Of a stretch of DNA of 64,000 nt, positions 38,989 through 49,663 are shown in pieces. The stretch comes from Eubacteriales bacterium (GTDB lineage Bacteria; Bacillota; Clostridia; Oscillospirales; CAG-272): positions 22,092 through 86,091 of the forward strand of contig JAZQHC010000036.1 of the NCBI GenBank assembly GCA_045540335.1, read 5' to 3'. The translations under genes were made by a program, and so were the position numbers. How positions within the stretch are numbered: position 1 is the stretch's first letter; each line of letters starts with the position of its first letter. The notes beneath the pieces were generated by a model. That model was given only the letters and a program-made list of their open reading frames with translations. It was not told where the DNA came from and ran no database searches.

Positions 38989-40068
38989 TCAATCGGGCAG
39001 CTTCATATCGCCGTCGTGTATTTTGCCCGACCTGCGAAGAAGCTCTGAAAACAAAAGGCTTAACCCCGCAGGTAAAATAAAATACATCAACGCTATTTTT
39101 ATAAGCACCTCTGTTGTGCTTGCGCCTGCGGCAGTCATATCTGCAAACGACAATATCGGCCCTACAAGCCCTGCCGTGCCCATGCCCGAGCCTGCCGCAG
39201 AGTTAGTCATTTTAAAAAGCATTGTAGAAAGCGGACCTAATATGGCACTTGCAAGTATGGGCGGAAGCCAAATTACAGGCCTTTTAATTATATTGGGCAT
39301 TTGAAGCATGCTTGTACCCAAGCCTTGCGCCAGCAAACCGCCCATTTTATTTTCTCTGTAACTGATGACGGCAAAGCCTATCATGTTTGCGCAACAGCCG
39401 ACCGTAGCCGCGCCTGCCGCAATTCCCGAAAGATTAAGTATAACGCCGATAGCAGCCGAGCTTATCGGCAGTGTTAAAAACATACCCATCAATACGGAAA
39501 CGATTATTCCCGTTAAAAACGGCTGCGACTGCACGCCGTATTCTACAAGGCTTCCAAGCCACGTATTAAAGCTTGCAATCGGTTCACCCGTTATCATACC
39601 GGCAAATCCGCCAAGCGACACAGCCACAAGCGGCGTAAGAATAATGTCTATCTTCGTGCGGCCTGCAACAAGACCGCCAAGCTCGATACACACGTACGCG
39701 GCGATAAACGCGTTCAACGGATCGCCCGCACCGGATAAAGCAATATTCTGCATTGAAGGTATCTTCGAGGCAAACGCACCGATAAATCCGCATGCCGCCG
39801 CCGAAAAAATAACAAGGGGCTTTGCATTAAGCTTTACGGCAACGCCACAGCCGATACCTGCACCCGTAGCAACCTGTGCCACAGCGCCTATATTAGAAAG
39901 TATAACGCCTGTTTGCCCGGGGATATATACGCCAAGCTGTTTTAATATAGTACCTATTATCAACGTAGAGAAAAGGCCCAACGCCATACCGGAAAGCCCG
40001 TCTATAAACAGCCTGTTTAAATAACTTTTCAAAAGCCCCCACGGGGTTCTGCTTTTTTTCTTTGCCAT
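38989..40068 (-). CDS. polytopic membrane protein, PTS EIIC-like (PTS_EIIC_2 type) permease
   Basis: 359 aa, about 10 TM, Gly/Ala-rich helices. The N-terminus LNRLFIDGLSGMALGLFSTLIIGTIL resembles the stand-alone EIIC_2 family (from memory). Confidence 0.55.
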   Translation of the reverse strand: MAKKKSRTPWGLLKSYLNRLFIDGLSGMALGLFSTLIIGTILKQLGVYIPGQTGVILSNIGAVAQVATGAGIGCGVAVKLNAKPLVIFSAAACGFIGAFASKIPSMQNIALSGAGDPLNAFIAAYVCIELGGLVAGRTKIDIILTPLVAVSLGGFAGMITGEPIASFNTWLGSLVEYGVQSQPFLTGIIVSVLMGMFLTLPISSAAIGVILNLSGIAAGAATVGCCANMIGFAVISYRENKMGGLLAQGLGTSMLQMPNIIKRPVIWLPPILASAILGPLSTMLFKMTNSAAGSGMGTAGLVGPILSFADMTAAGASTTEVLIKIALMYFILPAGLSLLFSELLRRSGKIHDGDMKLPD

Positions 40069-40122
40069 ATTTCCTCCGTAAATCTACCGTTTTAACGTGC
40101 GGTACATAGCACAAACGGAAAT

Positions 40123-40557
40123 TTACATTTTATAGATATCCTCGCCTTTAAGCAAGGCTGCCCCTGCGTTGATAAGTAATTTTTCAGCCAATTCCGTAGG
40201 AGTTGCACTTATAATAATGCACGCGTGCTTTTCATCGCCGGGGGTAAGAAAAGCGTACATATAATCTATACTTACGCCTGCACACGCCAAAAACTGCATC
40301 GCCTCGGAAAAGCTGCCGGGTCTATCCTCTATTTTTACTGCCAGCACTTCTGTAAGTGCAGTCATCAAGCCTGCTTTGCGGCAAACCTCGTCTGCCTTGT
40401 CGGGTTCGTTAACTATCAAGCGCAAAATACCGAAATCCGTCGTATCTGCGATAGACAGCGCGCGGATATTTATGCCCGCACTTGCCAAAACACGAGTGAT
40501 TTCCGCCACCCTGCCCGATTTATTTTCCATAAATATTGAAAGCTGCTTAACTCTCAT
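40123..40557 (-). CDS. tandem ACT-domain protein
   Basis: Start moved to M19 behind GGAGGA. Two ACT-like units (LSIFMENKSGRVAEITRVLASAGINI... and VKIEDRPGSFSEAMQFLACAGVSI...). Confidence 0.75.
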   Translation of the reverse strand: MRVKQLSIFMENKSGRVAEITRVLASAGINIRALSIADTTDFGILRLIVNEPDKADEVCRKAGLMTALTEVLAVKIEDRPGSFSEAMQFLACAGVSIDYMYAFLTPGDEKHACIIISATPTELAEKLLINAGAALLKGEDIYKM

Positions 40558-40576
40558 AACATCCTCCGTTATTTTA

Positions 40577-41761
40577 TTATTCTGCCGAGGGGGTCGGGTT
40601 AAAGAAATCACCCAAGCCTACCCCGCCTGCGTTATACATTACCATAACAATATCTGCCCCGATCTTCGTTGCATATTCTGCTGCGGAAAAATCTTCAATG
40701 TGGCGAAGGTCAAGAATGTGTAATTCTTTGCACGCCAAGGCAAGATAAGGCGACGTAACGCGCGAAAAACTATCCTTTATAAGAACTATTTTTTTATCGT
40801 TTACTGCTTTATGGTTCGTTATTATCTGCAGGTCGTGGTCGGCGTTAAGATATACGCTGTAATTTAATCTGCCGAACCTGACGTCAGGTGAAAAGCTTTC
40901 AAAACAGAAAACAGATTCGTAAAACGTGCCGCTTTTTTCTTCACCGCTTGTATTAACAGTCATTTCCGTATCGAATTTCGGATATATCAGCGTAAAATCA
41001 TCTACGGGGGTATAAATACGGCCAACGCGCGAGCCCTGCGAGCCTACGAAGCATTGTTCGTACGTTTCTTGCGTATAGTTATCGAGATTCGTTACTTGTT
41101 CGTCAAACACGAAGCCATAATCGTTTTTCAATTTTTCGCAAATTTTTTGGTGTGCAAAAAATCCTGCTTGGGTAGTCCAATGGTGGTCGGTTTTAAAAAA
41201 CAAATCGTAATGGTCATACCCTGCGTCGTGTATTTCTTTTTCAAAATCTATATAATCTATATCTGATTTTGATAAAAGCTGCATAAAATTCGATATATTT
41301 CTGAAGCCGCTGTATGTACCCGTGTGCAACTGGCTATCGTCTAACCTGCATACCTTTTCAGGCACTTGAAGATACAGAAAATCTATGCCGTTATTGCTTA
41401 AATAATCTTGAAAAACCTCAAGCTCTTCCAATTCGGCCGTTCCTTCAATTGCATTTTCTTCAACTGCACCGTTTGTAAGATATCCGTTTTTAAGCCTGGT
41501 AATATCAGCACCTATATCGTAAACGTAGTTTTTACCGGTTATACCGTGGTATGCACCGTTAAGGTCGATATAACTATCTCTTAAAGGGGAGTTGACAGCG
41601 TCCCTATCCTTAACGAACAAAAATATATCTTTAAGCAGCGAAAGCGATAAAGGTCTGTCTTCAAATTCTCTTACGGCGTTTTTCGTCGTATTTACACCGT
41701 ACATAACGGCAGATATACCGAGAAAAACCGTAATGAAAACAGCAAATATTTTATATTTCAT
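40577..41761 (-). CDS. AlgJ/AlgX-type (DHHW motif) SGNH-like O-acyltransferase, membrane-anchored
   Basis: 394 aa. N-terminal TM. LQVPEK and FFKTDHHWTTQAGF motifs. Lies 15 nt downstream of the MBOAT gene. Confidence 0.7.
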   Translation of the reverse strand: MKYKIFAVFITVFLGISAVMYGVNTTKNAVREFEDRPLSLSLLKDIFLFVKDRDAVNSPLRDSYIDLNGAYHGITGKNYVYDIGADITRLKNGYLTNGAVEENAIEGTAELEELEVFQDYLSNNGIDFLYLQVPEKVCRLDDSQLHTGTYSGFRNISNFMQLLSKSDIDYIDFEKEIHDAGYDHYDLFFKTDHHWTTQAGFFAHQKICEKLKNDYGFVFDEQVTNLDNYTQETYEQCFVGSQGSRVGRIYTPVDDFTLIYPKFDTEMTVNTSGEEKSGTFYESVFCFESFSPDVRFGRLNYSVYLNADHDLQIITNHKAVNDKKIVLIKDSFSRVTSPYLALACKELHILDLRHIEDFSAAEYATKIGADIVMVMYNAGGVGLGDFFNPTPSAE

Positions 41762-41776
41762 TCCATTTTCCCCCTA

Positions 41777-43171
41777 TCAGAAATTAAAGTAAATAAACGG
41801 GTTGTACGAGCCTTTGACTATACAGCTTACCGCTACTATAAACACAACTGCCAACGACAAAGGATACACGGCATCCGCTATCTTCGATGATTTTATTTTT
41901 TCGGGCAGATACTTGAAAACGGGAATACTGAATAAAATTGCAAATATAAATTCAAATTTGTTTTCCGACAGGTAGAATACGGCATGGTCGCAAATGATAC
42001 CCGAAGCACCTATACCGAACATATTCTTCATATATTCAAACGCTTGGGTTATCGTTTCTGCTCTGAAAAGCACCCAGCCCATAATAACGAAAAACAGTGT
42101 GTAAACCACGCCGAAGCCCTTCAGCTTTTCGGCAAAGCCCGTTAATTTTTCTATGGTTATCAATGCAAAATACATCAAGCCCCACAAAATAAACGTCCAG
42201 TTTGCGCCGTGCCATATGCCGGTTAAAAACCATACCGCGAACAAATTCATCACAAGGCGCGATTTTGTTTTTACGCGGCTGCCGCCGAGGGGAAAATATA
42301 CATAATCCCTGAACCACGAGCCCAACGATATATGCCATCTGCGCCAGAATTCGGAAACAGAGCGTGAAATATACGGATAATCGAAGTTTTCAAGAAAATG
42401 AAAACCGAACATCCTGCCAAGTCCGATAGCCATATCCGAATATCCAGAAAAATCGTAGAATATCTGGAACATATACGCAATAGCGCCTACCCATGCAAAC
42501 ACAACGCTTCTTTCATTTGCGCCAAACGCGGCATCTGCCGCTATTGCCAATACGTTTGAAAGCAGAACCTTTTTGCAAAAGCCGACAGCAAAGCGGCAGA
42601 TACCCTGCGAGAAATCCTCTATCGTTTCCGTGCGGTTATGTATTTCATCCGCAATGGTCTGATAACGAACTATGGGGCCTGCTATCAGCTGTGGGAAAAA
42701 CGATATGTACAGCGCAATATTCATAGGATTTTTTTGTACCTGGCCGTTACCCCTGTAAACATCTATAACGTACGACATAGCCTGAAACGTGAAAAACGAT
42801 ATTCCTATCGGCAGCGCGATAGAAGTTACGGGTACAGAAACGCCCAGCTTGTTTATGTTATCAAGCGTAAAATTGAGATATTTGAAAACGAAAAGTATCC
42901 CAAGGTTAACGACGACTGCAAGCGCTACGGACAGCTTTCCCACTTTCGGCTTTTGCCTGTTTTTATCAGCCAAAAGAGCAAGCAGCCAGTTTACGATTAT
43001 AGAGCCTATCATTACCAGAACAAACTTCGGTTCTCCCCATGCGTAGAAAAACAAGCTTGCAACGGTAAGCACAAAATTCTGCATAGCCCTGTTTTTTCTG
43101 AAGCAAAGATAATACAAGGCAAGAACTATAGGTAAAAACGCAAAAATGAATATAAGGCTTGAAAAAAGCAT
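41777..43171 (-). CDS. MBOAT family O-acyltransferase (AlgI/DltB-like)
   Basis: 464 aa, polytopic. WRRWHISLGSWFRDYVYFPLGGSR contains the conserved MBOAT His. Confidence 0.9.
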   Translation of the reverse strand: MLFSSLIFIFAFLPIVLALYYLCFRKNRAMQNFVLTVASLFFYAWGEPKFVLVMIGSIIVNWLLALLADKNRQKPKVGKLSVALAVVVNLGILFVFKYLNFTLDNINKLGVSVPVTSIALPIGISFFTFQAMSYVIDVYRGNGQVQKNPMNIALYISFFPQLIAGPIVRYQTIADEIHNRTETIEDFSQGICRFAVGFCKKVLLSNVLAIAADAAFGANERSVVFAWVGAIAYMFQIFYDFSGYSDMAIGLGRMFGFHFLENFDYPYISRSVSEFWRRWHISLGSWFRDYVYFPLGGSRVKTKSRLVMNLFAVWFLTGIWHGANWTFILWGLMYFALITIEKLTGFAEKLKGFGVVYTLFFVIMGWVLFRAETITQAFEYMKNMFGIGASGIICDHAVFYLSENKFEFIFAILFSIPVFKYLPEKIKSSKIADAVYPLSLAVVFIVAVSCIVKGSYNPFIYFNF

Positions 43172-43217
43172 TTTATCCCTCTTTTTTACACTACTGTGTT
43201 TTACTTTTGTTTATACG

Positions 43218-43793
43218 TTATTCAGCGCAGTTATAACCGTCTTCAAACGCTTTTACGTTTGTTTGCTTTGTTTTTTCGGGAACGGTTGACAATATTTTAT
43301 CTATCCATATCTGCTTGTCGATATGCAAAAACTTTGCAGCCATACCGAGAAGCGCCATATTTACCGCCTTTGCAGAGCCTGCATTTTCCGCAATGGAAAG
43401 TGCGTCTGCACAAATCGTTTTTATGCCCGTTAAGCGTATTTTTTCAATTACGTTATCGGGGTAAGAGGCTTTGCCCGTTATTACAGGCATAGGGTCTATC
43501 TTTTGCGTGTTGGTTATCAAAATTCCGTCGGGCTTAAGGTACGACAGCCAGCGTGCGGATTCAAGCTGTTCAAACGAAATAAGGATATCCGCTTCACCCT
43601 TTTCGATAACGGGTGAAAACACCTCTTCCCCGTATCTTACGTATGTAACAACGCTTCCGCCCCTTTGTGACATACCGTGAACTTCACTTACCTTTACGTC
43701 GTAATCCATGTCGGTAAATACTGCACCCATGATTTTAGAGGCAAGCAGCGTTCCTTGACCGCCCACGCCTACGATAAGTATATTTTTAACCAT
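43218..43793 (-). CDS. iorB: indolepyruvate:ferredoxin oxidoreductase subunit beta
   Basis: MVKNILIVGVGGQGTLLASK is a typical IorB start. Start moved to M25 behind AAAGGAG. An alternative ATGA-overlap start exists at 43811. Confidence 0.85.
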   Translation of the reverse strand: MVKNILIVGVGGQGTLLASKIMGAVFTDMDYDVKVSEVHGMSQRGGSVVTYVRYGEEVFSPVIEKGEADILISFEQLESARWLSYLKPDGILITNTQKIDPMPVITGKASYPDNVIEKIRLTGIKTICADALSIAENAGSAKAVNMALLGMAAKFLHIDKQIWIDKILSTVPEKTKQTNVKAFEDGYNCAE

Positions 43794-43807
43794 CGTTTTT
43801 ACTCCTT

Positions 43808-45544
43808 TCATCTTTCGATTGCGCCAAGCTTGCACGCATACGTGCAAACGCCGCATCCGAGACATTGATTCGGGTCGATAACGGCTTTGTTTTTACCGTT
43901 TTCACCCTTCTTTACGGATATTGCGGGGCAACCGCAGGACAAACACATTTTGCACCCGATACATTTATCGTTAACCTTAAGGGGCGCAGGGTGCTTTATG
44001 CCTTTAAGCAACGCACACGGACGGCGCGAAATAATAAGCGACGGTTCGTTTGCGTTCATTTCCTCTTCTACCACTTTTCTTACACCGTCAACATCGAAGG
44101 GGTCAACCACCTGTATGCGTTTGATGCCTATCGCCCTTGCAAGTGCCTCTATATCTACTGCAGAGGTGGGGTCGCCTTTTATGGTAAGACCGTTTGCAGG
44201 GTTGTTTTGGTGGCCCGTCATACCGGTGATGGAGTTATCCAACACAACAACGGTGGAAAAGCCTTTGTTATATACGATATCTATCAATCCCGTAATACCC
44301 GAATGGATAAACGTTGAATCGCCTATAACGGCAAGCGAATTTTTACTTTCTGTACCGAGTGCCTTGTTGTATCCGTGAAGTGCGGAAACGGAAGCACCCA
44401 TACAAATACAAGCGTCAACACCCGATAACGGTGCAGAAGCGCCAAGCGTGTAACAGCCTATATCACCGCTTACGTACGGATTATATTTTTTAATTGCGTA
44501 ATAAAATCCTCTGTGGGGACAGCCGGCACACAAAACGGGCGGGCGGGCGGGAATTTCTTCCGGGAATTCTACCATTTGCGCTTTTTCGCCGCTTACTGCC
44601 GCTTTTACGGTTGCCTGCGAAAATTCGCCAAGCATAGAGAATATCTTTTTACCCGTAACGGCGATGCCGTTTTTAAGGCAATGGTCTTCTATAATACTGT
44701 CAAGCTCTTCAACAACGTACAATTCATCTACCTTTGATGCAAAATCCTTGATAATATCAACAGGCAGAGGATTTACCATACCAAGCTTCAGATAGCTTGC
44801 TTCGTTTCCAAACGCTTCCCTTGCATAGTTGTACGTAGTGCCGGCACAAATGAAGCCCTTTTTGGTTGAAAAATATTCAACCTTATTGATGGGGCAGTTT
44901 TCTGCCCATTGTGCCATTTCCGCCATGCGTTTTTCAACGTGAACGTGGCGCGGGCGTGCCATTGCAGGCATCATTACGTGCTTCATTACGTCTTTTTCGT
45001 ATTTTACGGTTTCACGTTCTTCCCTTTCGCCAAGCTGTACCAAAGAACGAGAGTGCGATATTCTTGTAGAAAGGCGAAGCAAAACGGGTGTGTCGTATTT
45101 TTCTGAAAGCTCGTATGCCAAAACCGTAAAATCACGGCATTCGGCAGAGTTTGACGGCTCTAACATAGGAACCTTTGCACCTATTGCATGGCGGCGGGAA
45201 TCCTGCTCGTTTTGAGACGAGTGCATACCGGGGTCGTCTGCAACGGCACACACAAGGCCGCCCTTTACGCCTATGTAAGACATTGTGTAAAGCGGGTCGG
45301 CGGCAACGTTCAAGCCGACGTGCTTCATAGCGCAAAAGCTTCTTACCCCGCCGATAGATGCGCCCGAAGCAACTTCAAACGCTACCTTTTCGTTGGGCGC
45401 CCATTCGCTGTACATTTCTTCATATTTTGATGCAACCTCTGTAATTTCCGTGCTGGGTGTACCCGGATATGAGGAGATTACCTTTACGCCTGCCTCGTAA
45501 AGACCGCGGGCAACCGCCTCGTTGCCTAAAAGCAATGTTTTCAT
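43808..45544 (-). CDS. iorA: indolepyruvate:ferredoxin oxidoreductase subunit alpha
   Basis: 578 aa. TPP-binding GDSTF..GITG region and two C-terminal 4Fe-4S motifs (CIGCKMC..CGCP; CLGCGVCTYAC). Confidence 0.9.
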   Translation of the reverse strand: MKTLLLGNEAVARGLYEAGVKVISSYPGTPSTEITEVASKYEEMYSEWAPNEKVAFEVASGASIGGVRSFCAMKHVGLNVAADPLYTMSYIGVKGGLVCAVADDPGMHSSQNEQDSRRHAIGAKVPMLEPSNSAECRDFTVLAYELSEKYDTPVLLRLSTRISHSRSLVQLGEREERETVKYEKDVMKHVMMPAMARPRHVHVEKRMAEMAQWAENCPINKVEYFSTKKGFICAGTTYNYAREAFGNEASYLKLGMVNPLPVDIIKDFASKVDELYVVEELDSIIEDHCLKNGIAVTGKKIFSMLGEFSQATVKAAVSGEKAQMVEFPEEIPARPPVLCAGCPHRGFYYAIKKYNPYVSGDIGCYTLGASAPLSGVDACICMGASVSALHGYNKALGTESKNSLAVIGDSTFIHSGITGLIDIVYNKGFSTVVVLDNSITGMTGHQNNPANGLTIKGDPTSAVDIEALARAIGIKRIQVVDPFDVDGVRKVVEEEMNANEPSLIISRRPCALLKGIKHPAPLKVNDKCIGCKMCLSCGCPAISVKKGENGKNKAVIDPNQCLGCGVCTYACKLGAIER

Positions 45545-45557
45545 ATTATTATTTCCT

Positions 45558-46754
45558 TTACTTTAATATTTCTTCTATATTGGCTTCGCTTAATAAATGT
45601 ATTACGTAATCAGGTGTGTGTGCTTCAAACGCTTCTTCATCTATGCTGTGCTGCCACATTGGCTGCATATATACGGATGAAAAATCGTCGCACAGAAATT
45701 TCATTATACCGGTGGAAAAAGAATCACGTACGAACAAGCAATCGGGGTATTCGGTGTTTTCCGTTTTTACCGTATATGCAGTGCGTATATGCGCGCCCTG
45801 AAGCGCGTATGGCTTTACCTTTTCGTATAACGGATTTTCGTTTGTAAAATTCGGGGTGAGAAAATAGGCAGCCTCTGCATAGGCTTCTTTACCGTCGGGT
45901 ATAAAATTTCCCGCTATGCAGGATACGCTTTCTATTTTAAAATCATCTTCCGTATGCGTTTGTATATGCGGAAAATCTGCCTTTATTATCTTATGAAGCT
46001 CGCAATATGCGGCAAACGATGCATATTCTGTCCAATGGGTGTCCGTTTGATATACAAGCGGATATCCTTTATTCTTCGCTTGCACAAGCACGTCTGTAAG
46101 GTCTATATACGTTATATCGGCAGATTTCAGGGCGTTGCCCAACTGCGTTCTTAACGATACTGAACCCTTTTTAAGGTGCTTAGGCGCATATTCTTCGTAT
46201 AATGTCTGCGGATTGGGAACAACGGCAATTATCAATTTTGAATTATGGGATTTTACGTATTCGTTTCTTTGCTTCAGGATTTTCACAAGATACCGAAGTG
46301 CGTTTTCGTCTAACGCGCTTTCGCCCGTATAATCTTCTATATGCGATTTTAAAAACAACTGCGAATTTTCCCCTGCGTAAAAATCAACAAATTCTTTATT
46401 ACAAGTGCCGCCTACCGTTACTTTTGCACTCGCGTTACCGCAAGATATTAAATATTCGGTATTTTTATTTTCTTCTGCCGTAACGGATACGAAAAACACA
46501 CCGTTTCTTGCCTGTGCGGAATACTTATTTTCTCCGCACACGGCAAAAACCGTATTTTTCGAGCACATACCGCCTATTACCGCCGTTTGTTTATCCACAT
46601 AGTAAACGCCGTTTATTAAAAGCGTATCTTCTTCTTTAACCGTGGTTTCATTATCTTGGCTTTGTACATCAGACGTATCCGTGCCGTTTTGCACGTTTTG
46701 TGTACATGCACACAAGAAAATTAAAAGCACCAACAGAAAAACCAGCCTTTTCAT
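45558..46754 (-). CDS. AlgJ/AlgX-type (DTHW motif) SGNH-like acyltransferase lipoprotein
   Basis: 398 aa. Signal peptide with lipobox (LLIFLCAC). VVPNPQTLY and YQTDTHWTEYASF motifs parallel the 40577-41761 paralog. Confidence 0.65.
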   Translation of the reverse strand: MKRLVFLLVLLIFLCACTQNVQNGTDTSDVQSQDNETTVKEEDTLLINGVYYVDKQTAVIGGMCSKNTVFAVCGENKYSAQARNGVFFVSVTAEENKNTEYLISCGNASAKVTVGGTCNKEFVDFYAGENSQLFLKSHIEDYTGESALDENALRYLVKILKQRNEYVKSHNSKLIIAVVPNPQTLYEEYAPKHLKKGSVSLRTQLGNALKSADITYIDLTDVLVQAKNKGYPLVYQTDTHWTEYASFAAYCELHKIIKADFPHIQTHTEDDFKIESVSCIAGNFIPDGKEAYAEAAYFLTPNFTNENPLYEKVKPYALQGAHIRTAYTVKTENTEYPDCLFVRDSFSTGIMKFLCDDFSSVYMQPMWQHSIDEEAFEAHTPDYVIHLLSEANIEEILK

Positions 46755-46772
46755 TACAGAACCGACCTTTGA

Positions 46773-48095
46773 TTATTGATTTCTTAAATCTACTACCCTT
46801 TTTGCTTTTCCAACGAATCTTTCTATGCTTTTCGGTTCTGCTAAAGTAACCTTTATTTCAATACCGAGGATAGCCTTGATTCTGTCGTGTACCTTTCTTT
46901 GAAGGGCTTCCAATTCGCCGTAGCGTGCCAGCAGGCTTCCGTCTGCCAATTCAACCTTAACCTCAAGGTTGTCTGCGTACCCTTCTCTGCGTACGATAAG
47001 CTGGTAGTGGGGGGATATCTGCGACATACCTATCAACGCGCTTTCCACCTGCGTGGGGAATACGTTTACACCCCTTATTTTAAGCATATCGTCGCTTCTG
47101 CCTATTATCTTGCTCATCCTTGCGGTGGTTCTTCCGCAAAGGCACGTTTCGTAGTTTATGTTCGTTATATCCTTCGTTCTGTAACGAAGCATTGGTATGC
47201 CCTTTTTGGTAAGGTTTGTTACCACAAGCTCGCCCGTAGAGCCCTTAGGCATAACATCGCCCGTAGTTGAATCTATTATTTCGCACAGAAAATGGTCTTC
47301 GTTTATATGCAAGCCGTTTCTGTAAATACATTCGCCCGACATACCGGGGCCGTTAAGCTCGCTCATTCCGTAGTTGTCGGTCGCAAAGAAGCCGTTGCCC
47401 CACTTTTGTTCTACCTCGTTACGCATTTCGGGGGTGCAGCCCTCGCTTCCGAGAAGGCCCAATTTAAGCTTATAATTATCCATGGGAAATTCGATACTTC
47501 TTTCGCGTGCCGCCTCTGCAAGGTATATACAGTACGAGGGCGTTGCCACGATGGTATCCGTACCGAAATCGCGCATAAATTTAAGCTGCTTTTCCGTATT
47601 GCCCGACGAGGTGGGAACAACGGTTGCCCCTATTCTTTCAAGCCCGTAATGCAAGCCAAGCGCACCTGTAAACATACCGTATCCAAAGCATATCTGAACG
47701 ATACTTTCATCCGTTGCGCCTGCGGCAACGACAAGGCGTGCCATCTGTTCTGCCCAGTTATCAAGGTCTTCCCTTGTGTAGCCCACTACCGTGGGGTTGC
47801 CCGTAGTACCTGATGATGCGTGGATACGCACGATATCCTTCATAGGTGCGCCGAACATTTTGAAGGGGTAATTATCCCTAAGGTCCGTTTTGGTTGTATA
47901 GGGAATATATTCAATATCGGACAGTGTTTTTATCTTATCCGCCGTAACGCCTGCCTTTTCCAGTCTTTCGTGGTAAAATGGCACGTTGTTATAGCAATAA
48001 TCAACCATTGCCTTCAGGCGTTGAAGCTGTAAGGCTTCCAATTCTGCGCGGGGCATACACTCCGCGTCTTTATTGTAGATATTTATTTTTGACAT
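46773..48095 (-). CDS. paaK: phenylacetate--CoA ligase family (PaaK-type aryl-acetate adenylating enzyme)
   Basis: 440 aa. HASSGTTGNPTV (AMP-binding P-loop), YGMSE, and a C-terminal ACT-like lid typical of PaaK. Confidence 0.85.
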   Translation of the reverse strand: MSKINIYNKDAECMPRAELEALQLQRLKAMVDYCYNNVPFYHERLEKAGVTADKIKTLSDIEYIPYTTKTDLRDNYPFKMFGAPMKDIVRIHASSGTTGNPTVVGYTREDLDNWAEQMARLVVAAGATDESIVQICFGYGMFTGALGLHYGLERIGATVVPTSSGNTEKQLKFMRDFGTDTIVATPSYCIYLAEAARERSIEFPMDNYKLKLGLLGSEGCTPEMRNEVEQKWGNGFFATDNYGMSELNGPGMSGECIYRNGLHINEDHFLCEIIDSTTGDVMPKGSTGELVVTNLTKKGIPMLRYRTKDITNINYETCLCGRTTARMSKIIGRSDDMLKIRGVNVFPTQVESALIGMSQISPHYQLIVRREGYADNLEVKVELADGSLLARYGELEALQRKVHDRIKAILGIEIKVTLAEPKSIERFVGKAKRVVDLRNQ

Positions 48096-48114
48096 TATCG
48101 GTTCTCCCTTCGGA

Positions 48115-49629
48115 TCACTTTACTTTTACAGAATAAAATTCTTCGTTTACTTCTTTCGTTTTGTTTATACCGTTATATATCAGTGTACCTGCCGCGCACA
48201 AAACGAAGGACAATATCATTGAAGCACACGCAAAGTGTGCGCCCATTGCGGAAATAGCCACGGGTGTGCCGAAAATATTCAAAGAAGCGGAAAAACCGCC
48301 CAGCTTGCACACCAATGGGGGCAATGCGGTGCAAAAGCCGCCTATGATACCGCACCAAGCACCTACACGGTTAAGCTTTTTCCAGAAAAGCGATAAAATA
48401 TACGGTGCCATAAACGAGCCTGAAATAATCCCCCACGAATACGACATCATATCAAGTATGGGCGTATCAGTAAAGGCAATAATGAAAGACATTACGATAA
48501 ATATAATCGAAAGTGCCTTGCATATTATACCAACCTTAAACGGCGATGCTTTTTTTGCAATATACGGCTGTACGAAATCCATCGTAAGCGTCGTAGATGC
48601 CGTTATCGTAATTGAAGAAAGCGTAGAAACGGATGCGGATATCAAAAGCACCACAACGATGCCCAGAAGTATCGTGGGGATTTCTGCCACGTCAAGCATA
48701 TTGGGAATAACGTAATCCTTACCGCCTTCGGGCAATTCGTTAAAGAACAAGCGCGAAAGCGAACCTATAAAGTATCCGCCGCCTGCGATAATAAGGCAAA
48801 ACAGCGTTGATATTATCGTACCGCGCTTTACCTCCGCCTTATCCTTTATGCCGTAGTATTTATGTACCATTTGCGGCAATCCCCACGTGCCGAATGAGGT
48901 CATTAAAACAGTACCCCACAAAGCAAGATGATTTGCCGCTGTAAGATTAAGCTCTTCCGTTTTTTGTACGATAGCCTGCATGCCGTTAGCAAAGCCGCCT
49001 ACCTGCTGCGTTCTGAATATTACCACAATAAGCGCGATAACACCGCCTATCATTATAAACCCCTGCAAAAAGTCTGCCTTTAAAGTTGCCGCGTATCCGC
49101 CAAGCACAACAAGTATTGCTGCCACGCACGCTATAAGCACACAGCACAGCACGTCGGGAATACCCAAAACTACCGAGCAAATGCTTGTAAGGCCCTTATA
49201 AACAGAAGCGGAATACGGAATTAAAAATATGAAAATAACAAAAACGCAAAACTGCTTCATCACGTTGTCGTTAAAGCGTTTATGGAAAAACTGCGGCATC
49301 GAGCGTATATCGTGCCGTTTGGTTATATCCCTCGTTCTGTTAGCAAGCACGAGCCACGCAAACAAAGCACCGAAAATCGCATTGCCGACACCGGGCAGAA
49401 CGCCCCAGATACCGTAATCCCATCCTGTCGAGCCTGCATATCCTATAAACATTACGGCTGAAAAATACGCCGTACCGTACGAAAAGGCGGAAAGCCACGC
49501 ACCTGCATTACGCTTGCCGACAGCAAAGTCGTCTGCGTTTTTGGCAGAACGGCTAGATAAAACGCCTACTATTATCATCACCGTCAAATAGATTGCGATG
49601 GTGATATATATCACCGTTTCCTTACCCAT
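48115..49629 (-). CDS. sodium:solute symporter family transporter
   Basis: 504 aa, about 13 TM, SSF-like N-terminal pattern (DDFAVGKRNAGAWLSAFSYGTAYFSAV). Confidence 0.8.
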   Translation of the reverse strand: MGKETVIYITIAIYLTVMIIVGVLSSRSAKNADDFAVGKRNAGAWLSAFSYGTAYFSAVMFIGYAGSTGWDYGIWGVLPGVGNAIFGALFAWLVLANRTRDITKRHDIRSMPQFFHKRFNDNVMKQFCVFVIFIFLIPYSASVYKGLTSICSVVLGIPDVLCCVLIACVAAILVVLGGYAATLKADFLQGFIMIGGVIALIVVIFRTQQVGGFANGMQAIVQKTEELNLTAANHLALWGTVLMTSFGTWGLPQMVHKYYGIKDKAEVKRGTIISTLFCLIIAGGGYFIGSLSRLFFNELPEGGKDYVIPNMLDVAEIPTILLGIVVVLLISASVSTLSSITITASTTLTMDFVQPYIAKKASPFKVGIICKALSIIFIVMSFIIAFTDTPILDMMSYSWGIISGSFMAPYILSLFWKKLNRVGAWCGIIGGFCTALPPLVCKLGGFSASLNIFGTPVAISAMGAHFACASMILSFVLCAAGTLIYNGINKTKEVNEEFYSVKVK

Positions 49630-49663
49630 ATCAAACCTCTCAAAACCTATGTATATTTAAGTA

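Noticed and set aside
46591-46599. Perfect DnaA-box TTATCCACA, with a second copy near 10984-10992, considered as an oriC signal.
   Set aside because: These are isolated single boxes inside coding sequences about 35 kb apart. There is no cluster, no AT-rich unwinding element and no dnaA/dnaN nearby.
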